Positions 43,712-59,252 of a stretch of 64,000 bases of DNA are shown one piece after another; the first letter of the stretch is position 1; each line of letters begins with the position of its first letter. Location: positions 25,110,001 to 25,174,000 of the forward strand of contig CM022677.1 of the NCBI GenBank assembly GCA_012295275.1, read 5' to 3'. The notes below the pieces were generated by a model. That model worked only from the letters and a program-made list of their open reading frames with translations. It did no database searches and was not told the DNA's origin. A program made the translations under genes and the position numbers. The DNA comes from Chrysomallon squamiferum (lineage: Eukaryota > Animalia > Mollusca).

Positions 43712-44329
43712 TTAAAACTAATAAAAAAAAAAAAAATTGTCCCAAGTCGTCGAAGTCGTTCCTTCATTACATATAGTAAGTCATCAGATAATGAACTTTG
43801 ATTACAAACTTTGAAAATAAATTCACAGTGAATTAAATTGCGAATTGGCATTTTTACTTTTTCGCAGTGTGTTGTGTATATATGCATGTTTGTGTGTGTT
43901 TAAACTTAATTTTATTATTACTATTTTTACGTTCAGTTGTTCAAATAAAACATGATGCTAATACTTTTTTTCTTTTTTTTTGCGGGGGGATACATATATA
44001 TATATACAAAAATTCCTGCATGTTTATATTTTATGGTTTGGATTTTTAAGTTAACTTCTTATCAGTTAAGTATGCCTAAAATGCTTTTGTGATGTGACAA
44101 ACTTTGATTTCTTTTTAACAAGAGCACCGTTACAATAATAATAAAATATCGACCAAACAAAGGTGGAAAATGGAAACGTTTTGCAATACACATTTTCACT
44201 TGACGTTTAGACATTGTCTATGGTATCTATTGCATTGAACAAAATAATAAAAATGGAAGTTGAAAAATCAATCATATTCTTTATGGAGTTATCGTTACTG
44301 AAAAAAAAAAAAAAAAAAAAAAAATAAAA

Positions 44330-44385
44330 CGGAGAGAGGTGAAGGTCATAGTATGGACCGGAAACGGAAGAGTCGAGCATAAGTG
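44330..44385 (+). promoter_or_regulatory. Putative core promoter of the LysM gene (tandem ETS-like motifs)
   Basis: ccggaaacggaag in a local GC/CpG-rich patch ~180 bp upstream of the ATG at 44545. Confidence 0.4.
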
Positions 44386-44544
44386 TCAAAAATGAAATAC
44401 AGATTAAGTTGTTACTTTTTTCTTTCGTTTTCTTTTTCTTTTCTTTAATAATCGCAGCCTAAATGTTAGTCATGATTACTGTGTTATGTTATAGAAATTA
44501 CAAATTAATTGAATATTCAATTTGAGAAAAGTGTATAGTCAAGT

Positions 44545-44741
44545 ATGACTGAAAACGGGGTGGACGAACGCAAGGCTTTGGGGAAATATGTGAGAAGTCA
44601 GGCTAGGCATGGCTATGGAACGGCGGCAACGTCGACTCGAAAATCACCTAACGTTACACAAGGCACAAAATTTATTAAACATATGGTGTCATCCACAGAC
44701 ACCTTGATGGGCATTGCGTTGAAATACAACGTCACAGTAAG

Positions 44742-44778
<37 letters not shown>

Positions 44779-47700
44779 GAATATTGAACCATATCCGTAT
44801 CAGTGTGTGTAACACTCAGTTACACTGTTTCATTGTATGTTTGTATCTATCATCTGTCTATCTATCTGTCTGTCAATCTTTATTAAAATGGATGTTTGAA
44901 AATTAAATTTTAATAAATCATAATTAATTGTAATTAATTGACTAACTGGCAAGCTGTAGTCCTGAAGTTTTCACATGTTTCGACAGTTTTGTTTATTTCA
45001 TTCTTTTCTTAAAAATATAAATATGTGTTAGTATTGCTTAAACCAGTTTCAGCCATCTATGAATTTAGAAGTATGTAAGTAATCGAAAATCTTTTTATTT
45101 TTTTTTTATAATCATAATGTCTCAGTCGTTCCTGTTTGTCAATCCAAAACTGATTGAGCAATAATTGCTTTTGTTGAAATATATATATAACAATATCTGC
45201 CACCTGTTTTGCACTTTTGGTGTCAGCAGTTCACATGTCATGTCCCTAAACAAAGCAGATGTAAGCAATGATTGTCATATTTACAAATTACCCACTCTGG
45301 CATTTCAAAGGGACACAATCTGATTCCTCTCAAATTTGCTGCTAATCAAGGCTACTGTAGCAGGTGTTGCGCAGCTAAATTATTGAACATAAATTTCAGT
45401 GATTGCTACACTTTTTTAACGTGCAACTACATATAATAATTCTGTTATCCTAGATACATAAATAACTTTTTAAAATATTATCTTCGTCCTTCGAAATGAA
45501 GAAGTAGATCCACACAGTATAAAAATAATTATTATCAACAGAACATCAACAACTCAACGTCACATTCTTATAAATATTTGTTATCTCTTACTTTCAGAGC
45601 AATAAGAACAATTTCACACACACACATATTTTGTATCAGTATATTCATATAAAGAATATAATTCACAGAACAACCAGACAAAACTTGCCAGCAACAGACA
45701 CTTTGATTTTATTTTATTGCAAATACTTACAAAGTACTTGTACCCTGAACATTTTCTGTACCAACCATGTGTTTAACTTGCACCAGTTATGCCGATTCCC
45801 TCCATCCCTTTAAAAATAACTTCAGAGGAAATAACCTTTTTTCCACCTTTTTGTGTTGCAAAACAACATTATATTGATTCACTGATACCAATGGCATCAA
45901 AACAAAAATCTGTAATGGAATTTCTAAAGAAAAAGTGAATGACAGACTATACAAATAGTTCAGAGATTATCTTTTCTTTGTTCTTTTAAAAAAAAAAAAA
46001 ATTCATGGGTCTATAACTTGGCATACATTTTTTGGAGGGGTCATTATTTGGTAGATGTTGCAATCCACAATTTCAGAAAACATGTTACAAAACCAAAATC
46101 ATATGTCACGATAAAATATTCTAAATGACAGCTTTTTGAAGACTAATGCAGAAATATGATTTTCATATTTTATTTTAATATAAAATGCTGCAGGAATAGA
46201 AGATCCTGTCATTTATTATTGTCTTAATATTTTAACAATTTTCTGTTAATTTAATATTTTAGTGATTTTTTGTTTGTTTAATATTTTAATGATTTATTTT
46301 TTAATATATTATCATTATTTTACTAATTTATTGTTATTTTAATGATTTTTTTTTTAATATGTTATCTTTATTTTACTAATTTATTGTTATTTTAATATTT
46401 TAACGATCTGTTGTTAAATGTTATAATGTCTTAATGATTTTCTCTTTTTTTAATATATTAAGTGATTTTATTATATTAATATTTTGCAAATTTATTGTTA
46501 TTGTTTTATTAAGTTTTAATGATATGTTGTCATTTTAATATTTTACTAATATCTCATAAATTTTAACATTTTTTTTTTATCAATTTGTCATTTTAATATT
46601 TCACTGATTTTTTTTATAATTAAATTCTTTCTTTTTTTTAATCTTATCTGTCTTTCTGTCTTAATATTGATGCTAATTTACAGTTGACTATTATACTGGT
46701 TGCTGCTTTTTAAAATACTTCAGTGCTTCTTGTTCCAGGTGGAACAAATAAAGCGAGCGAACACGCTGTGGACAAACGACAGCTTATTCCTGCGAGAACA
46801 TCTTCTCATTCCTCTCACACGCGACAACGAAAACGACATCTCGCACGATGCCGTTGTAGTTGTATCGGATCACGAGCGGTCAGTGTCGCACCCTGCTAAA
46901 AGTGACGACGAGGCCGTGCATGAGAAAACAGAATCGTCCGGAATGGATTTTCTCAAGAAGTACGACAGCACGATCGCTCAGCTGAAAAGCAGTGTGGAGA
47001 AGATGGAGCAGAATGCAAGGTAAACTAGAGTGGGTTTGATGTGGGTGTCTGCAGAACTGCACTGACGTAGAAACTGGCATCAAAGTGAAACCAGAGTAGT
47101 CATGAAAATAAGAAATAGAAGATATGTATCAGGCTTGTTGATATTTAGAGTGTGTTTGTGTATATATATATATCTGTAGATATATAGATATAGATATAGA
47201 TATAGATATATACATATATATAGATATAGATATATAGATATAGATATATAGATATATACATATATATAGATATAGATATAGATACAGTATATAGATATAG
47301 ATAACGATATATATAACGTACACACATGCACAAACACACATATTAATATGTACACATTTTATTAAATACACAAAGACATACATTATATATTATTAAGTTA
47401 ATACATCTACATTGATATGCTAAACAGAAATGATATGCAATATCCATTTTAAAGACTGATACACACATACACTCTAACATATAACATGATTATACATACT
47501 GATATTTAATACATGCAATAGCTCATTGACAGACAGTATATACACACACTGATGTGTAATAAACACAGGTAATAAGTAATACACAACACGATACATAATA
47601 CACACAGTGATCTGTAACAAACACAGGTAATAAGTAATACACACCATGATACATAATACACACATTGATATAAAGAGTCACTGAAGTTCAGATTATACAA

Positions 47701-50700
47701 CAGAAAACTCACATTCAACAAATCCTGATTTTTTCACTGCTGTCATTTTGGGGGCGTGAAATGACAGATTTGGGTTCACTGCATGTCGCTGCTGGTTGTA
47801 CAGCTCCCAAAAATGTGATTAAAAATTGCTATGCTTGTTTTGTTTTGGTCTCAAATGCCCGAATATAAAAGATTTACCTTCATCATGGCTAAACGTCGTC
47901 ACTATCATTGCATTCTGTTGTAAAATTGCATGTTGTCACCAGTCTATATATCCCACTACCTCTTCAATCAATGAGTTCATCTTCATAAAGAATCCAGACC
48001 TGATGTTATTCATTTATTTTATAATAATAACCATGTTCTTTCAACCTTGTTACCTATATGTTTTTGATGTTACTATCAAAATAACAGAATGACAGAAGCA
48101 AGTGGAAAAAAAAAAAAAAAAAAAAAATATATATATAGTGGTGTAACATTCTTTGTAAGTCCGCGAATGTCTCTGCAGTAATGTATGTTCTGTATTCATC
48201 AGATGAAGGTAATATTTTACATTATGGCTTCTGAGAGCAAACAAAGTAAGTATATCACTTTTTATCAAACTTGGAGATAGTAATGCACTGATACTCAATA
48301 TACAGTATGTACACACTGATGTATAACACACATGTATAACACACACACAAATTCGCACAACAAACTCACACACACAGACTCACAAACATGCGCACACACA
48401 CATACATTCATACATACATATATTGTACAGTTTGACGAGTAATATATTGATATATTATACACATTATGATGGATGATACATTCATTTGTAATATACAACA
48501 ATACATGTAAACAACTATTATATTGATATATAATTCATATACTGACATGTAACATACACACATACATTTAATAAACAAACTGATACATTATGCATGTACT
48601 TAAATACACTCATAAACTATAAGCATATATATATTTTTCAGCGTTACCTTTGTTCTTTTTTAGAATGCTGGGGAACTTAAAAATCACTTACCATTTGACT
48701 AAATGTCTGGCTAAATTCAAGCATTCAGATATATTCTTACCTTAAAAACAAAAACAGTCTAATAAGTAAATACACATTTAGAATCTCTTATACACTATTG
48801 TCATAAATCATTATTATTATTATTATTTATAAAATGTATTTATAAATTATTAAAAATAGTATATTTGAAAAATATTTTTATAAATTATCTTTGTCAGTGT
48901 CTATATAATGGATAATTATTTGAGTTTAAAATGTTTTATATTACATCCATATGTGGGAACACTATGAATTGAATTAAACTATTCAGTGAAGCCTGTATGT
49001 ATAGATAGTGTGAAGAAATTTGTGTTTAAAGATACTGTAACTAAATTTGTATGTAAAAATAGTGTAATGAACTTGAAGTTTATATAAAAATAGTGTAACT
49101 AAACTAGCATATGAAGATATTTTAACTAAACTGATATGTAAAGACATTGTAACTGAACGTGTATGTGAAGATAGTGTAATTAAACTTGTATGTAAAGACA
49201 GTCTAATTAAACTTGTATGTAAGGACAGTGTAATTAAACTTGTATATGAACAGTGTAATTAAACTTGTATGTAAGGACAGTGTAATTAAACTTGGTGTAA
49301 TTAAACTTGTATATAAAGACAGTGTAATTAAACTTGTATGTAAGGACAGTGTAATTAAACTTGTATGTAAAGACAGTGTAACTAAACTTGTATATAAAAA
49401 CAGTGTAATTAAACTTGTATGTAAGGACAGTGTAATTAAACTTGTATGTAAAGACAGTGTAACTAAACTTGTATATAAAAACAGTGTAATTAAACTTGTA
49501 TGTAAGGACAGTGTAATTAAACTTGTATGTAAGGACAGTGTAATTAAAGTTGGATGTAAAGACATTGTAATTAAACTTGTATGTAAGGACAGTGTAATTA
49601 AACTTGTATGTAAAGACAGTGTAATTAAACTTGTATGTGAAGACAGTGTAACTAAACTTGTATGTAAGGACAGTGTAACTAAACTTGTATGTGAAGACAG
49701 TGTAACTAAACTTGTATGTAACGACAGTGTAATTAAACTTGTATGCAAAGACAGTGTAATTAAACTTGTATGTGAAGACAGTGTAACTAAACTTGTATGT
49801 AACGACAGTGTAATTAAACTTGTATGTAAAGACATTGTCATATAACTTGTATATATATATATATAAATGATAACATAACTAGTATGTAAAGTGTAATTAA
49901 ACTTGTATATATATATATATAAAAACAATGATGTAACTAATATGTAAAGACAGTGAAATTAAACTTGTATATATATATATATATATATAAAAAAACATAA
50001 CCAATATGTAAAGACATTGTAATTAAACTTGTACATATGTACAAAAACAATGACGTAACTAATATGTAAAGACAGTGAAATTAAACTAGTATGTAAAGGG
50101 TAATTAAATTTGTACATATATATACAAAAACAATGACATAACTAATAATGTAGACAGTGAAATTAAACTAGTATGTAAAGGGTAATTAAACTTGTACATA
50201 TATATACAAAAACATAACTAATATGTAAAGACAGTGAAATTACACTTGTTGTTTACAGTGCACTCAGACATGAACCAAGGGCTGACACACTTGGGTTAGA
50301 GCTGTCCACTGAGAGAGATACAGAATGTTGAATGTTTTGTTAGCGAGGTAATGGCTATGTTTACTCCTTGTCTCTTGTGACAGACACGTAGGTTGGTTGC
50401 GGTACTTAACTTTTCTTCTTGCTTATCAGCTTGACAGACTGTGTTCATTTAAAATGTCAGTTTCTAAAGAATTATTTATTTAATTTATTTAGTTACTCAT
50501 TCATTTGTTTATTTATTTATTTATTCCATTTATTTATTTGTTTTAATACGTTTATCGTTGGATATGTAGTAACACTTGGGCTTACTAAAAAAAACTGATC
50601 ATTCCCCTGCAAATTCCTAACTAGAGTAAATTACTGTTGTTAATACAATCTCCCGTGACTATTAATTAAATATGGCACAATGCAAACACACATTCTTTTC

Positions 50701-52728
50701 CTTCTAGCTTGCTTAAGAGTTCTCATAAAAAAAACCCCAGAAAAATGTATTAACTTTTCTAAACGTTCTTGTACAAACAGATCTATATAATTATTTTATA
50801 AATATACTATCATACAAGTAGGACAGTGTTCTGTTTAGTAAATGTTCTTGTTATATTAAATATTTTGTAAAATGTCCTCATGGGAAGAGAGCACTATAAT
50901 AGCACTGTCTGGACCAGGTTTATCTGTATAATGTCAGAAACAGTTTTAAGAGTGTTCTTCTTCAAATAGAAACATAATTATCAACCAAGCATTTAGTAAA
51001 TTTTCACGAAAGTCTGTCATAAAGTAAAGGGTAAACAAGTCATTATTAATAATACTCTGTCTTAACTCTGCAGTAAATAACCATGTTTATTTTGATTTGA
51101 TTGTTTAGTAAATAAACTGTGCACACCTAATTGATTCTGTGGTAAATACACAGTGACATGAATGTTTATTAAATAGTGATGTAATCATTACTTGATTCTT
51201 TAGTAAAAAAAAGGTTTTATATGTGCTCATTTTTTTTTTTTTTTTTTTTTATTTTTTTTATTAAATAATAATGAATGTATTGTCTTGCTTATTTGGTAAA
51301 TAACAATTTATTTACAATGAGTAGATTCTTTTTGTAAATAATAATGTATGCATTTGTAATTTAATTTAAATAAATTTTTTTTTAAATATACAGAAAGAAA
51401 AGAACATTTTCACTGCTGTAGTTTCTAGGTCTGATTTAATCTCTGAATCTTGCTTGATGCAGTTAAAAACAGCTAAAGATACCTTCGGCTTTGCACATCT
51501 AACTCAAATTCACATTTTGACACATACTGCACTTCAGTGTACTAAAACCAATTACAATAAATGATTTATAACTAAATCTGAGTTTATCACATTTCCACCT
51601 ACCTTGAGTTTGTCACACTGTAGTATTTACGGTAATTCATTTAAAATTAAACTTGAATTTCTCACATAATAAAAAGTCTACGTACAAAATATATTTGTAT
51701 CCTGTCATGAGTATTTGTCTGTATCTGTTAACAAAACTCAATGAGGAAGGATGAGATACAGGCTCAGATTAGAACTAGCAGATTGCATGGGTAGTTAGTT
51801 ATCCCATTCTAAATCTGTGCTCACTGAAGTTTTGACAGTAGAAGTTTGTGGCTAATTTAATGATCATGTAGATCAAGTGAGTAGACTCTGATGCTGTTAG
51901 TATAGTTACTTGATGCTGCTAAATGAAATCATCTTGCTGCTGCTGCTGCTGCTGCTGCTAGACTGTCTTCTGTTTCTGCACAATGATGACTGAACATGCT
52001 AATATCTGGTGTGACTTCATTTCTTTCATGTTCCCTAAAGATTTGTTAGTCATTTCTTTCCTGTTCCCTAATGATCCATTAGTCATTTCTTTCCTGTTCT
52101 CTAATGATCCATTAGTCATTTCTTTCCTGCTTGTAACAAATAATTTCTTTCTTGCTAAATACTATCTAGCCACTTCTTTCCTCTTTTCTTGACTAGTAAT
52201 GTACTTTGTTTTCTAATGATTCACATGTAATTTCTTTCCTGTTTTATTTTGACTGTCTAGTTGTGTTGATAAGAACTGCATTGTTACTGTTATGTGTAAT
52301 TTCTTTCCTGTTTGGTAATATCTGTTTAGTTGTGTGCTAAGAAATGTATTGTTATTTTTATGCATTTACTCGAGAAAATATTTACTTTAGACATTTGTTT
52401 ACATCATCATCAGCACTGTCACCATCATCAGCACTGTCACCATCACCAGCACTGTCACCATCATCGGCAGCATCAACATGCAGTCAAAGTGTTTGGAGAC
52501 AGATACAGCCTGTTCTTTACAAATCCTGTTGTCATGAAGATCTGTCAGACAGTCTCTTTCCAGTGCTCACTTTATTCATCTCTGTTATCTCACTGGACTT
52601 TCTTCAGAAAGAGTTTACAGACAGTGATACATATTGTCCATTGGAGCCAGCATGCATTTTTATGTGTAGTATGTGTGTATGTGTGTATATTTATGTATGT
52701 ATGTGTATGTATACATATATTTAGGCTG

Positions 52729-52770
<42 letters not shown>

Positions 52771-53925
52771 TAGTATGTATTTATTAATTTCATATGTTTA
52801 TACATCAAATTATTATTTTTATTATTATTAGTAGTAGTAGTAGTAGTAATACTTCTATATACTAATATTATTATTATTCTGCTCTTGTTTAATAATATCA
52901 TTTACATTACTTATTTCTTTTTCAACCGTTTTACGTTTGTACTCGTGTATATTTAAACACTTAAACCAGTGTGACAGGTGTGTGTGTATTTACAATTGTT
53001 ACTCAGTACACATCTACAGACCTCTAATCTGCATATTTCTGTATAACCACACACTCTCATACATTTACATACCACTCTGTTTTTTAATCTAATACATCAT
53101 GCATTTACACATCTCACAGGCTATTTACATATTTATATACGTGCATGCATGCAAGCAGGGTTCAGATTTTACCAACATGTTGTCCTTATTACCTTGAATC
53201 CTCAAAATCTACACAGTATCTGTGTCAGTAAAATTGCATGCCTTTATCATAAATCTCGCCTCTGTGAGTCACCATCATGAGTGCAGTTTATACTGGGTAA
53301 TACTCATGTGATAGACAGTTCATGGACTAAGGTTGTCATTGCATTCATTAATCAGGGATATATCTCTTTGTGTTTACTAGAAATGACACAGCAGTACAGA
53401 ATTTGAAGAAAAAAAAAATAACGTAACAAGCAAAAAGTTAGCTTGGCAGCATGCAGGTGTACAAAACTGCTGAGGGCTGTTTTGTTTTTTGCTGTTCATT
53501 TTTGTAATTTTTTATTTTTTATTTTTTAGTTGCAAGTAATTTAAGTGTGTTTTTAATTAGTTATTGGATGTAAAACATCTTTAGTCAGTGCCAGCATCAA
53601 CAAATGACTTCAGTGAAAACTTGATAAAAATTAAAAGTTTTTTTGATACTCCTCTGTTTTGTCTTCATGCCCAAACTTGACTTGTCTGATGTTAAAGAAA
53701 AAAAAAAAAAAAAAAAGAATTGGAATTTGATATCTGTGCACATATATATGATATACCTCACACCTGATTGTTTATATATATATTTATACATCTCACACTT
53801 GTATATATTTATATATCTGACACTTGTATATATTTATATATCTGACACTTGAATATATATATATATATATCTGAAATCAGAGTTATATACATACATATAT
53901 ATATAAAATATATGCATTAAACAAT

Positions 53926-53984
<59 letters not shown>

Positions 53985-54035
53985 ATTCTGATAAACAAGT
54001 GTATTTGTGTATTTACACATCTTATTCTTATTATA

Positions 54036-54083
<48 letters not shown>

Positions 54084-54424
54084 TATTAACTTATATTATC
54101 ATAATTACAAACGTTACTTTTTATTTATTACATTCTGTATTTAACACTATTATTTCTTTCATTCCTGTTTCTTTTTTTTTTTTTAAACTATTATTTTTAT
54201 TATTATTTTATTTCAGATTTCTTGACGGAATAGAAGACAACCCTCTGACGTTGCTCCCGAATCGTAGACGCAGTCGACAGCGTCAGCCCGACAGACAGCA
54301 CAGCGTTTCCCTTGATGACCCCAACTCTCCGGTTCTGGTGATCAGAACAAACACTCAGTCGCGTCATGTTCAGGACACACTAGAGGGCGCTCGCAAAGCT
54401 AACGATGAACTCTTTGAGTTGTGA
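44545..54424 (+). CDS. LYSMD2: LysM and putative peptidoglycan-binding domain-containing protein, LYSMD1/2 family (226 aa)
   Basis: Exons 44545-44736, 46739-47019, 54217-54424 (681 nt, phases 0 and 2). LysM domain [21 protein letters not shown]|[25 protein letters not shown], preceded by RHGYGT, followed by [10 protein letters not shown] and C-terminal DELFEL*, typical of LYSMD1/2. Cannot distinguish 1 from 2. Confidence 0.9.
49000..50245. repeat. 27-bp minisatellite in LYSMD intron 2
   Basis: Unit aaggacagtgtaattaaacttgtatgt, >20 well-conserved copies at ~49170-49840 with degenerate flanks. Confidence 0.95.
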
Positions 54425-54934
54425 TAATTATTGTTCATTCCAGATATAATTTTATTTTTAACCAGTATATATATATATATCTATTTACTGACGCTTTTTC
54501 TTTTTTTCCATTCACAAACAGCTATCACTGAACACACTTCAAAAAATGAACTTGTTAAATTGGTATGGGGAAAATATGAATTAGTAATGATGATGATGAT
54601 GATGATGATATTAATAATGCGTTGCTGATGATGTAATGATCGTTATGATGACAATGTTTTGTTTTTTAATTGAAATACAAACTGCTAATTCAGTTAAATG
54701 GTTAACACAGTTAAGATGTTTTAGTATTTGATATGAATCATTATTTAAATTTGTTGTTTTTGTAGCAAAACAGCATTTTTGTTCTGTCTCAAAAAGAAAT
54801 AACAGAATGTCGTAAGGACAAAACAGACAAAAAGTAGGACATACAGACAACACACAACCACTAGGAAGCCCATACAAATCATACCAAAGTATATAGACAC
54901 AGAACAAAGACGATAACAGACACAGACAGACAAT

Positions 54935-55025
54935 AGGACATCACAGACATGTTACAGAGACAACAGGACATCATAGACATGTTACAGAGACAACAGGACA
55001 TTATAGACATGTTACAGAGACAATA
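54935..55025. repeat. 30-bp tandem repeat (x3) downstream of LYSMD stop
   Basis: ggacatcatagacatgttacagagacaaca repeated three times. Confidence 0.8.
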
Positions 55026-55734
55026 GACAATACAGACCTCATGTTACACAGTTTGACATCCAGACTTGTTACACAGACAGTTAACAGACAATGTGACATA
55101 GGAGATACAGAGTATATAGATGTATGTAGTATGTATATGTATATAGATAATGTGTCATGTTACAGAGATATTTTTAAACTTTTTTTTTTTTTTTTTGTGT
55201 GTTTTGTGTCTGTGTACACAGTACTGTGTTTCTCAGTAAAGGAAATATTCAAATCTGTTTTATACAGAAAGAGAGATAAGTAGATAAACAAATAACATCT
55301 GATTTAGCCATGAAAACAATTACACAGATGTGTCGACTGAACTATCCAGAAAAATAATTATGTAGATATTCAATATCTGCATTCATCTCTCTGTTTATCC
55401 ATCTATCTACATATATTGATAGATAGATATAGATATATAGATATATAGATATATGTTGCGGGTACATTAGTTTAGAATTTTATAAAGATGATGAGAGAAG
55501 TATGTCTTTCAAATGTTTCAACAATCTAATTAGTGATACTTCAATTCTGAATCTGTGGTAGAATATTTTCTCACCGATGAAAATTGTTTTCAGTATAATT
55601 AAATTTAGTTTTGTTTTACTGGTTTGAGGGAAGTTACTGCTATTAATTATTAATTTTCTTCTTTTGATTAATTTCTTTCATCCTTTTATGCTTTAATTTC
55701 TTTTATCCTTTCTTTTAGGTTTTTTTTATTTATT

Positions 55735-55773
<39 letters not shown>

Positions 55774-58700
55774 TTTCTTGTGTCTGTCTCTCTCTGTTAC
55801 GTATGTTTAGTCATTGTAAATTTGCATTTAATTTGAATTCTTTTTTTTTTTTTTTGTATACATTGTAAAATTATTTTTTATAAAATTTATTAAATAATCT
55901 GAAAGGAACATTAGATACAAAACCATTGACAATATAACGCTTTATAAACAGATTATACCCTTGTCATTATAATTGCTATAGATAGCTCAAAACCACAAAC
56001 AGTATGCTATATTTAATTTTTTAAATCCTTGACATTATAACATTAAAAGTTTATATAAATAGTTAACTGCATGGCTTACATTATAAATATTTAAAACCCT
56101 TAATGAAAAGACTGATATTATAAATAGCTTAAACCCTTTACAGGATAACTATTTAAGAAATGCCTAAAACCACAGACAATATAAATATGTCATAAATTGA
56201 AGAGTTATATCATCAAGGATTTAAGGTGGGTTTTTTTTTGTAACACGAATTATAAATAACCAAAAACCACAGACAGCATAACTAGGCCTGTGTTGTAAAT
56301 ATCTTAAAAACTGGACGGTCTAAGTTGTATATATAAATCCCCAAACAAAACCAGATATCTTGTAAATTTCTTTAATTGTAGCAGCAGAACTGTTATAAAT
56401 ATTTCAAACCTGTGTCATTATAATTATATTAGACATATTTAAAATCATGGACAACCTAAGCAGAGTAATCCCAAGGTTTATTTGGTTGGTTCGGATTATA
56501 ACACAGTAATTTAATGTCCCAAATCACTTAATAATTTCAGTACTAAATTTGAAAGTGAAATTAAAAAAATATTTTATACGTTTGGGCATAAAACCAGTTA
56601 CAACATAATATATATGTATATTATTATTGTTTTGGGGGTTTTTTTTCATCAGAATTGTGGATACAAATGTTACCTTGTTAATCTCTGACAATAACCCATC
56701 TATTTTTTTTTTTTTTTGTCGTGGTGAAAACTAATGTGGTTATTATGTTTATATTTATCTCTAACAATGTGATGTTTTCTTTATTTATTTCTATTATTAT
56801 TATTTTTATTTTTTTTATACCTTTGTATTAAAATAAATATTTGATCTGACATCTTACAGATGATAATTCATGGTCAGTTTATTTCAGATAATTAAACTCT
56901 GTCCACTGTATTCTCTGACTCTGTTCATCCACTCAAAAGATAAAAACATATTCTTCGTTTTATTTATTTATTTACTTAATTAATAAGTGTTATTTTTTCT
57001 TTTGTGCTTTATTAATTAAAAAAATTTTATTAACATGTAATATACACTTGTATACTTATATACGTTACCCACAAAATACACTCATGTAAATAATGTGTTG
57101 TATAGCTTTATTTGTAACATACTTGTACTGTTACTGTAAAGTATGCTTTTGTACATAGGTCACAGTAGTGTGATATATTCTGGTATTGATTTGTATGATT
57201 ATAGAGGGATAATTTGCATGTGTAATACATACACGTAATAAACACAAGCACTGATAGTTTCTGTATTTAGTCAGTATCAAAACTGTATTGTAAATAGATG
57301 TTAATTATATATGCAGTGAATGTTATTTAAGTAGTTTAAATAAGAGCGTATGGTAGCAAATGATGTTTTTAATGTTTAGAAAATGGAGTACCGTTTCTCT
57401 GTTCTATGATTGTTAAATTACGTTAACACAGACAATTACATCTCACTGCAAGGTTGTGGGTCATATCATTTTTAATTTAACTCAAAATGAAACCAGTAGA
57501 TATATATTGTCAGTTAGCATTTTCACATGCTTATTCATGTATTCAAATGCCAGACACAAAGTAACACACAGACGGAAAACCAACAAAATAAATTAACATG
57601 GATTGATTTTCCTAGTTCTGTTCGGTCTTTCTGTTAAAATATAAAAGTGTGCTGAGACCTTTTTCTTTTTTAAATTTGTTCCCACACACACACAGACAGA
57701 CAGTGATGTCCCTTTCCAGACTAAACAGCATCATGGGTAAGCTTTATTCCGAATGCAAGAAAATCTTATCACATTAAAGAACCATATTATCTGTCTAGGA
57801 TACTATAAACTATAGCAAATGTCTTCATTTTTTTTTAATCAGTCTTAGAAATTCTTTCAATGTTTAATTTACTGCTTGTATTATGACATTAATTTGCTTA
57901 ATACTTTAGACAATATGTATTTAAAAAAAAAAAAAAAATAAAATTTTATTTATTTATTGTTATTTAGCACATTATGTGAATAAATGTTTTCTCATCGATT
58001 TTAATTTTATTCAAAAAACAAAAATTAAAAAAATTAGTTATAATATATTATCAGATGTGTACCAGAATTATTAAATAGTAATAATACATTTATATTTATT
58101 ATTATTATTACTATTTTAAATGTCATTACAAAAACATGAAACTGATAATTTTTTAATCTAAGACATGGTTATTTAATATTATAATTCTATTATTACTGCT
58201 GTTATCATCATCAGTATCAGTAATATTGTTGTTGTTGCTGTTACAATTATTATTAATACTGTTATTTGTTATCTGCAGCAATGTTATTTTTGTTATCATT
58301 ATTCTTAATAATGGCATTGTTATTATTCAGTGAAAATTATTCTCAACATATAAAAAAGAATACCTAACAATTAGTACAATTCTTGTTTTAATCAAAATAA
58401 TACTGATTTTTATTTTTCTTCAGAAAATGGGGTGTGTAAAAAAAAATCAATTAAACTAAAATATTTTAAAATAAAACATTTTATTATTATTCTTTTTTTT
58501 ATTCATTTTTATCAAGGTCATAACTGAAATCTTTTCAAAAGTAAATTTAACTTTTTAAATTTTTTTATTATTATTTTTTTAACAGTTTTTCTTTACACTT
58601 CTATAAACAATAAACTATAAACCAACAAACAGAACATTTTAAAATACTTAATAACAGCACAAAACTGTGTTACTTAATTGGGGTGTGGTGTACTGATGCT

Positions 58701-59252
58701 GTTTAATGTAACCATAACAACAATAACTTTATCTCCTGGGGAGGATATTAAAGCAGGCTGGGGACTTTTGATGTGACATGTATGTCATTTTTATTTAAAT
58801 GATATATGTTTGTTGTTGTTTTTTTTTCTTCTGGGGGAATTTTCATTATTATTATTATTATTATTATTAAATATATATATAATTATTATTATGAAATGTA
58901 TGTACTTTTGAAAATCCTAATTGTCAAAAAGAACAAAAAAACAAACACGCAATAAACTTCCTTGATTATTTTTTGTTGTATTTGAAACTTATTTGTTTAG
59001 AGCACAAATACTTGTCTACTTATCCTCCTGTTTAACACATGTATCCATGTTTCCATGGAGATATACATGTACAATAGATAATCTGTCATGTGACTGAAAG
59101 CTCGAAATGTCAGAAGTATTATGATAGGTTTAACAGTTTAACATAAAAAAAACAGTTTGAAGTGAAGTTAATAAACTTGCCATCATTTATTTTTGTTTCC
59201 AATCATCTCTAAGCAGACATATTTAAAGTACTGTTGTTTCCATGGCGATGTG

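Noticed and set aside
49203-49928. Long repeat ORFs on both strands; superficially CRISPR-like periodicity
   Set aside because: Head-to-tail 27-bp units with no unique spacers, inside a eukaryotic intron; no cas genes.
50259-50347. Possible cassette exon in LYSMD intron 2 (cag|...|gtaatg)
   Set aside because: In-frame TGA and no recognisable homology; cannot be supported without transcripts.
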